From Candidatus Delongbacteria bacterium (GTDB taxonomy: Bacteria; UBA4055): DNA of 54,108 nucleotides. The stretch lies in assembly GCA_016937995.1 (NCBI GenBank), contig JAFGVM010000016.1, forward strand, positions 165,224 to 219,331, read 5' to 3'. Below are positions 47,096-54,108 of the stretch, one piece after another. The first letter of the stretch is position 1; each line of letters starts with the position of its first letter. Below the pieces are notes generated by a model. That model was not told the DNA's origin. It saw only the letters and a program-made list of their open reading frames with translations, and made no database searches. The translations under genes were made by a program, and so were the position numbers.

Positions 47096-47731
47096 CTATT
47101 TTTTCCTTAGATCTATTACCTCTGCTTTATCAGGTTTTGTATAAATGAATTTATCCTGTGTGATCTCTTTGTTTATTAACATGTTTGATAAAAAATATGT
47201 AGTTTTATTCTCATCAAGATCAAAGCATTCGATCTCAAAAGGTACGAACTCTTCATTAACCTTAACTTTCAGTTTATTAATGAATCTTTCATTTTCTTCA
47301 GGTGATACTAAATTCAGAACATAGAATTTATTTTCCCCTTCCACTTTCTCAAAGAAATCTTTCATTTCATATATATCAGTGAATTCAAATATCAATTGTC
47401 CGGGTAGTATGGTATTATCGTTATCTTTGATATTTTCGATAAGTACCTGATCATTCTCGGACGAATATCTCCATACTGTCTTTCCATCAGAGAAAATAAA
47501 ATCTTTATCAAGTTCAATTCTGAAAATATCAGTATCCTTCATATAAAATTTTCCTGAGACCTTTGTTTCCTCTTCCGCAAGCTCCCATATTTGCACCTGA
47601 GCAAAATCCGATTCAAAAGTTTTGATCGATGCTATCTTTTCTTTTATCCCTGATAATATTTTATCTCCGGAGATCGAGAACAAATTTGAGAATAAAATTA
47701 TTATCGCAAGTAAATATATCGTCTTTCTCAT
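47096..47731 (-). CDS. lolA: Outer-membrane lipoprotein carrier protein LolA
   Basis: Signal peptide; F.SDFAQ, GKFYMK...FRIE, SDGKTVWRY...QV, VIDLR. Confidence 0.8.
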   Translation of the reverse strand: MRKTIYLLAIIILFSNLFSISGDKILSGIKEKIASIKTFESDFAQVQIWELAEEETKVSGKFYMKDTDIFRIELDKDFIFSDGKTVWRYSSENDQVLIENIKDNDNTILPGQLIFEFTDIYEMKDFFEKVEGENKFYVLNLVSPEENERFINKLKVKVNEEFVPFEIECFDLDENKTTYFLSNMLINKEITQDKFIYTKPDKAEVIDLRKK

Positions 47732-47840
47732 GGTATCACCTTATTTTTTACACTTGCTTCAAAATTAATGATTATAGTTCCAAAGAGCAAAGGAAAAAGA
47801 ATTACTTCTTAAACAAAAGGTAAATTATTTAGGTTCAAAT

Positions 47841-47873
47841 AAGAAAGGTGGTTCACAAATAACCACCTTTCTT
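47841..47873. terminator. Perfect 13-bp hairpin downstream of the protease gene
   Basis: AAGAAAGGTGGTT-N7-AACCACCTTTCTT. Confidence 0.75.
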
Positions 47874-47912
47874 AATTTATTGTCACCCTGAATTTATTTC
47901 AGGATATTACTT

Positions 47913-50900
47913 TTACTTCGTTAAAATCATCTTTTTAGTAATACTCGTACCATTTGCCTCAAGAGTATAGAAATACATACCTGAGTTAAAATTACTTGCA
48001 TCAAAGCAAACTGTATGAATTCCTGCTTCTTTACTTTCATTTACAAGCTCTGAGACTAATTGTCCATTGATGTTATAGACACATAATTTCACATCGCTTG
48101 CTGTCGGTAATGCAAATTTTATTTGTGTAACTGGGTTAAATGGGTTCGGATAGTTCTGATACAATGTATGCTCTGTAGGTAAAGTCGTACCAGTTATATC
48201 AGATTTGTCTTCTCCACCTTTATTTGCACTTTCAGTTAACTTATCAAGCAGATCGTTAAGATTATCTGAGTGATCTACAGTTGATCTACCTTTGCCCTGA
48301 TTCTCAAGATCTTTTAACATATTGGCTATGCCTATATTGATTTCTGCCAAAATAATCTCTTCATCATTATCAGCTTCTGCTTTCATCTCTTCAGCTACTA
48401 CAATTGCATCATCGAATCTTTTTCCCTTTATATGTGTTGCGACTTTCCTTCCTTTAAAGAATTTTTTATGTGATGTTTCTTCTGATGCAATAGCGGCATC
48501 GTACATAGTAATAAGTTCGTTATTATCCAGTCCTTCCTGCTCATACAAATAAGGCAATCTTGACATAGCAACATAGTATTCAGGTGTATCAACATATTTA
48601 TCGATAATATGCTCATACAGATTTATAGCAGGATTGATCTTATCATTCGATTCTAGATTTAAAGCATTCGAAATAATTCTGCTTTCTTCAGATATTGACT
48701 GCATAATTTCTGATTGTACAATATCAGTACCACATGGAGCTGAGTAATATGGTGTATAATCAAGTGTATAATTAGGATGGTCGTAGAAATAATCATCATC
48801 AATTACCTCATAACCCCAGAAATTATATTGTACATCCATAACTATATATTGATCTCTAATATCTTTTTGACCTATTGAGATTGCAGGGAAATTCGGACTT
48901 GAATATACATCGTTATTTCTCATATAAATATTACCTGTTGGGTTTATACCTATATGTGCACTTGGAAATAGAGATGAATTACTTTCATAAGCATTTTTTT
49001 CAAAAACACAGTTCGCACTTTTATAAATTGGTATTTGATCTTCTGTACTGATAAGTAAAGGCATAGCATCATTTCCGGAGATGACCATACCGTAATGTTT
49101 ACTATATGTCATTTCACAACCTGAAACAACTGGTGAACAAAGCAAAAAATAAGTTCCAATATTGAAGTGAGTAATATTGTTATTACTGAATGTACCATCA
49201 GCACCGGTGATCATTATACCTGTTCCTTCATCAGTGCCATACAATGTATTATTTTCAATTATATACTTGTATCCTGAATTCATACTCAACAGATCAATTC
49301 CGTTTACACAGTTTTCAAAATCAGAATTGGTTACTTCAAATTTCATCATTCCGTCACCCTGAATAGCAGTAACAGCATCATGTATATTTACACTGTTTAA
49401 AGTAACTGTACTACCTGTAAGACAATTTATACCCAGCCAGTAGCCTAAAATATCAGTACATGAAAATGTTGTACCATTTGCTAATAGTTCTCCTTTATTC
49501 ATAACTACGATCTCTGCACCTTCCGATGCTTCAATAACGGATCCTGAATTTAGAATAAGGTCAGCATCATTTTCTACAACTAATTTTGAATCAGTTCCTA
49601 AATCAATATTCGAGCCTGCCAACATAATAAAATCTGATATCTGTAAATGTAATTCTGAAGAATTTGCTATATCTAATTTTGCATTTTCAGGAAATTTTAT
49701 ATCCCCTATTATAGATGCATTGCCTTCTACTTCTACGATTGCACCAGGCTCAATTGTTAAGTTACTACCGTAGTCGATAAAAATCTCTGAAGCATCTTTT
49801 AATTTTAACACAGCTCCACTTTGAACAACTAAATTATATCCAGATGAAATATTGATCTTGCGACCTTCTAATAAAGTTGTATGTGAATTGTCAATCAGGA
49901 TCAGATCATTATTTACTACATTAAGGTCAGCTGATATACCCATCAAACCTCTTAATCTATAATCTGCATAATTGTTGAAAATTAATGTAGGATACAACAA
50001 GGAAGTAGTTGAACCAATGTTATCTTGGTCTGAAAAAACTGACTTTTGTGTAATTATTGAGTTATGATTATCTAACCAAATTGAACTTTCTTCAATTGTA
50101 ACTACACCATCATAGTTAATATCAGTTTCTTCCATGATGTTAAACCATTCAAAATCAGCACTTGCTGATGGTCTCTGATATTCGTATGGATGATCCCCAA
50201 TATTTCTTCGTACTTCATCTAGAGCAAAAGGTCTATTCCCTGCTGTTGATGTATATAAATGTACAGTGAATTCATCATGATAAACACATTCATCAGGATA
50301 AGCTTCAAATAAATGCTCAAATTCTATACCTGTCCCAAACGAATAAGACTGTTCTGTCCATGCTTTATCATCTGCTAAAGTTGATTCTTCAGTCATTTTA
50401 CAAGCACTATTCATAATTTTGTTACTACCATCACTCATAAGTTCAAAATCGTCAATGAAATTCTCTGAATGACATTGCCCCAACCAAAATACTTTTTTAT
50501 TAGCAGGAACAAGTTCAATAATATCTGCTAAATCATTATCACTTATTGTAGGTCGATAAAATTCATAAAATGGTTCCTCATATATGAGCATAACACCCTC
50601 TTCTGGTTGGTCTTCTTCAAATTCATAACCACCGTGTGAGATAGTAGAAACCAATAAGAAATCATCTTGGGTCATAACAGTTGACAATGAATCAAATATG
50701 TCTTCAATGTTTTCAATTGATGCAGATGAATAAGCTAGTTGTTTAAAATCTTCACTTTGCTCTTCATAGTTGAATCCATATTCTTGGTAATAATCCATCC
50801 AGTACTGATCGGGAATCATATATGGTTGTCCAGCTTTCAATGGATAATCTTTTCCATTTGCGTATAAAAAATATACCTTGTCAGGTGAAAAACCTTGGTC

Positions 50901-51082
50901 TTTCACTAATAAATGCCACATTAATACTGTATCATTCCACCATTTATAATAAATAGCTTTTTGTTCATATCGGTCTTATTGTATCTGTCATCTCCAGTTA
51001 TTACTACAGCATACTTGTCTGCACAGATTATTTTGCTAACCATAATGAGCATTAGCACCAACATTATTAGTTTCTTTAACAT
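47913..51082 (-). pseudogene. Secreted clan CD (caspase/legumain-like) cysteine protease with beta-helix region and YPNPFNP sorting domain; one-base frameshift near the 5' end
   Basis: AAGGAG plus ATG 51082 gives a signal peptide and KYAVVITGD in one frame; KWWNDTVLMWHLL continues in the frame of ORF 47913-50921. Catalytic-like SHGG and GQCHS; CTD LYQNYPNPFNP...SGMYFY...KKMILTK. Confidence 0.75.
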
Positions 51083-51380
51083 GTTGTCTCCTTTTTTTTA
51101 CTTTTTATTGTTGAAGTACCACCTTGCATTATAATAAAGGTTATAATAGAATTATCATTACCACCTTTAATTTTAATAAATACAGGGGCGAAGTAGTAAT
51201 TTATCAAATTACTCGGTAGTTAGATTTACTAATCTTAAGGTGAGATATTTAAATCAATTTTTTGATATGATATTTTCTGTTTTTAAGCTCCTCCCTTTAT
51301 TTTGATTTTTCTATCCTAATCATCTCGAACATTGATGCTATGCTGTAATATGTATTTAAGCGAACTTACCTCTGTAGCTT

Positions 51381-52796
51381 TTATCTCAGATATAGCATTT
51401 TCTTCGTTTCTTTTACCATACCATCAATCTTCAATCTATAATAATAAACTCCACTATTCAATTTACTTGCATCAAATGTTACCGTATGATTTCCTTTGCT
51501 TTGCTTTTCGTTTACCAAATTATTAACCAATTCTCCTTTTGAATTAAATACTGATATTTCAATCTTACTAATAGCATTTATTGAATAATTGATATTTGTA
51601 GTTGGATTAAATGGGTTAGGGTAATTAAATTCCAATTTATAACTCATGTCTGATTGCTCATTATTATTATAAATTCCTACATAAGATCCTTTAATAAAAT
51701 ACAAATAATCTGCTCCTTCAAAATCATAGTCTCGAAAAACTATATAATAGTTTTCATTATATGATTTAACTACAGGATTTCCTGTTGACAAATCTCCAAA
51801 ATTATAAGTTTCTAATACCCATGAGTCATCTAATTGTCTAAAATCACAAATATTTGCTTCAATCCCTAGATATTGTTGAAAAATATGTACTCGATTATTT
51901 TCGTCTGTTGTAATGTTGACCACGTTTGGATATGTAAAATCAGACACTATATCAGGTTCACTCCAAATACTATCATTCAAATGCTTAAATTGGTAAAAAG
52001 TTCTCCAGGTATTATAGTTTTCTTGCTCTCTAGATGCTATATGTAAATTGTTGTCTTCTGATAAACAAATCCTTTCTCCTACACTAGCTGTTAGTGTTCC
52101 AACTGAATCAATTACTTCTATTTTTGACCATAAATCTTCTTGTTTTTTATAAGTAACATAGGCAGTATAAGTGTGTTCACTAAGTAAAGCATTTGTTGAT
52201 CCTGTTGCATGTAAATTATTCTGATTATCAACAATAATATCTTTAAAATAAAAATCAGTAATGGTGCTATCTATTTCCGTCCATACAGAATCACTAACGT
52301 CAATATATCTAAAATACGGAACACCAAATAAATCCCAAAAATGATATACTCTATCATCATTATCTACTATAAGTTTACTTTTGAAATAGAAAGTATTACT
52401 ATCTAACCTATCTGGCTCGCTCCATGAAATGCCATCGAATGTTTTAAGCATCAAGATTGGATAGCTTGCATTCCAGTCATATGCAACATACAAATTACCA
52501 TTATTATCAGAAGCTATTGCAGGGTCTCTAAGTAAAGATGTATCAGACTGAGATACATTATAAGCAGGACTCCAACTGTCTCCTTCATCCTGAGAATACG
52601 AGTAGAATATTTGACTATAAGTACTCGTATATCTCTCATTCCAGACCACATGAATTGTACCGTTTTTATCAATACACATATTATGTTCTTTAATATCTGC
52701 TGTTGGGTGACTGCATATTACGATCGGTTCACCCCATTGATACCCTGCGATAAGGTAGATCATTGATATTAAAATGAATAAAATCAATTTCTTCAT
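51381..52796 (-). CDS. Secreted beta-propeller (BNR/Asp-box-like) protein with YPNPFNP sorting domain
   Basis: Signal peptide; YSYSQDEGDSWS Asp-box; repeated D...H...W blades; NYPNPFNP...SGVYYY...KKMLYLR. Confidence 0.85.
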   Translation of the reverse strand: MKKLILFILISMIYLIAGYQWGEPIVICSHPTADIKEHNMCIDKNGTIHVVWNERYTSTYSQIFYSYSQDEGDSWSPAYNVSQSDTSLLRDPAIASDNNGNLYVAYDWNASYPILMLKTFDGISWSEPDRLDSNTFYFKSKLIVDNDDRVYHFWDLFGVPYFRYIDVSDSVWTEIDSTITDFYFKDIIVDNQNNLHATGSTNALLSEHTYTAYVTYKKQEDLWSKIEVIDSVGTLTASVGERICLSEDNNLHIASREQENYNTWRTFYQFKHLNDSIWSEPDIVSDFTYPNVVNITTDENNRVHIFQQYLGIEANICDFRQLDDSWVLETYNFGDLSTGNPVVKSYNENYYIVFRDYDFEGADYLYFIKGSYVGIYNNNEQSDMSYKLEFNYPNPFNPTTNINYSINAISKIEISVFNSKGELVNNLVNEKQSKGNHTVTFDASKLNSGVYYYRLKIDGMVKETKKMLYLR

Positions 52797-52872
52797 TTTT
52801 ACTCCTCAAGAGTTGGGTAGTATAACTATCTACCCTTTAAATTTTATTTACATTAGTGACATTTGTCCCCTG

Positions 52873-52957
52873 TGGAATGTACCCGATTTTCTGGAGACAT
52901 TGCTAAGCACATTTTTCTCCCTTTCTCTCAAACTCAACCGGACTAATATAGCCTATA
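52873..52957 (-). mobile_element. Right-end remnant of an IS3-family element, interrupted by the next IS
   Basis: Encodes IGYISPVEFERKGEKCA* (IS3 transposase C-terminal motif), followed by an IS3-like terminal repeat read on + as TGGAATGTACCCGATTTTCTGGAGACA. Confidence 0.7.
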
Positions 52958-52997
52958 CGCTTTGTGTCAACAAAGATGTCGCCTCTGTTAATTAATT

Positions 52998-54045
52998 TCA
53001 CTGTTTAATCTCCGGATTCAAAACCACTTTTTCCGGCGCACCCCAAATTTTCATATTTCTCTTTCCCCATCTTTCAGGATATAAGCTTTTTGCTTCAGCC
53101 ATAACTGCGTTACGTTTCGTAAAAATTGTTTTAGCCTCACCGCTTCTCATCTGTGCCGGAGTAACATAATCCACAGAAGAATGAAGGTGGTCATTGTTAT
53201 ACCAGTTCACAAAATCCGCCATCCATTCTCTCGCATGATTAATATCCTTAAAGCGAAGCGGATATTTAGGATCGTACTTAAGAGTTCTAAAAAACGATTC
53301 TATATAAGGATTATCATTACTTGTTCTCGGACGACTGAAGGACACACTGACTTTAAGCACTCTCAAAAGTGTCATTAAGCTTATTCCTTTCATTATCGAT
53401 CCATTATCAGAATGCAGATAGCTGAACTTTACATCTTTGTCGTACGAGAGAGTACTAAATAGATCTTCGCTGTGTTTATCACTTTCTTCTTCATGTACTG
53501 CCCAGCCTACTAAATATTTATCGTAAATATCTATGATCATGTAGGCGTAATAAAATAGACCTTTTACAAGTCCTGGGAGCCATGTTACATCCCAGCATAA
53601 AACTTCACTTGATTGTGACGCAGTACGCTCCGGCGGTCGGGCTTGTTTTCTTCGTTTAGCAGGCTTGACCTGACCTGTTGCTTTTAATATTCTGTAAAAT
53701 GTTCTGACCGAGCCATAATATTTATTTTTATCAAGAAGCATAGGAACAATCATGTGCGGACTAAGATCCCTGTACTCAGGCTTATTACAGACACTAACTA
53801 TCTCCTGACGCTTTTCAGGCTCAAGCTTTCTTATCACTTTTGTATGCGAACCCTTTCTTCTGTCTTTCAAGCCTCTTTCTCTCCACTTTTCCAATGTTCT
53901 TACACTGATTCCTACCAGCTCGCAGGCTTTAAACTGCCTTGCACCGTTTGAACGAGCTTCATCTATAAGGACGACTATCTCTGATTTTACTCTCTCAGGG
54001 ATCAGTCGTCCCCGTCTTCCACCAAAAGAATCTCTAATTTTTTTT
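52998..54045 (-). CDS. IS3-family transposase OrfB (rve/DDE), reached by -1 frameshift
   Basis: WDVTW, HSDNG, SNDNPYIESFF, WYN..H.HS...YVTP. The frame stays open upstream of 53894 to the A9 run. Confidence 0.9.
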
Positions 54046-54108
54046 TAAGCACAAGAAGAGCTGCTGTTTCTGCGAGTGCTTTTTCCTTCCTTGCAAGCTC
54101 TTTTTCAA
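54002..54108 (-). CDS. IS3-family OrfA C-terminus (partial)
   Basis: EKELARKEKALAETAALLVLKKKLEILLVEDGDD*. Confidence 0.85.
   Translation of the reverse strand, partial: EKELARKEKALAETAALLVLKKKLEILLVEDGDD

Larger units (their letters stand above)
52958..54108 (-). mobile_element. IS3-family insertion sequence (left part outside the window)
   Basis: OrfA tail plus OrfB DDE transposase; putative right end near 52958-52965 (CGCTTTGTGTCAACAAAGATGTCGC). Confidence 0.85.

Overview
AT-rich bacterial chromosome segment. Two secreted proteins with YPNPFNP-type C-terminal sorting domains and several outer-membrane genes suggest an FCB-superphylum diderm (inference only). The backbone is housekeeping: ribD, xerD, tRNA-Phe, miaA, uvrA, ispF, rlmD, thrS-infC-rpmI-rplT, rpsF-rpsR-rplI, hppA, and lolA-ispE-spoVG-tRNA-Gln-rplY-pth. 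Accessory highlights: (1) a ~6.6 kb island after uvrA with a WYL regulator, a class II Fic gene behind repeated operators, six small co-oriented ORFs mostly punctuated by GTAG-type REP hairpins and ending in a Walker-A-dead DnaB C-terminal domain, and an AbiE toxin-antitoxin pair; (2) a coupled pair of a TerB/FHA-like/ABCG transporter and an M48 peptidase-TerB fusion; (3) two further apparent pseudo-enzymes: an uncalled beta-CASP protein at the left edge lacking its metal ligands, and a histidine kinase with a degenerate ATP pocket; (4) ATT starts for infC and probably miaA; (5) a frameshifted secreted clan CD protease; (6) an IS3-family element inserted into the tail of another IS3 at the right edge. 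All assignments are from motif recognition by eye; no searches were run.
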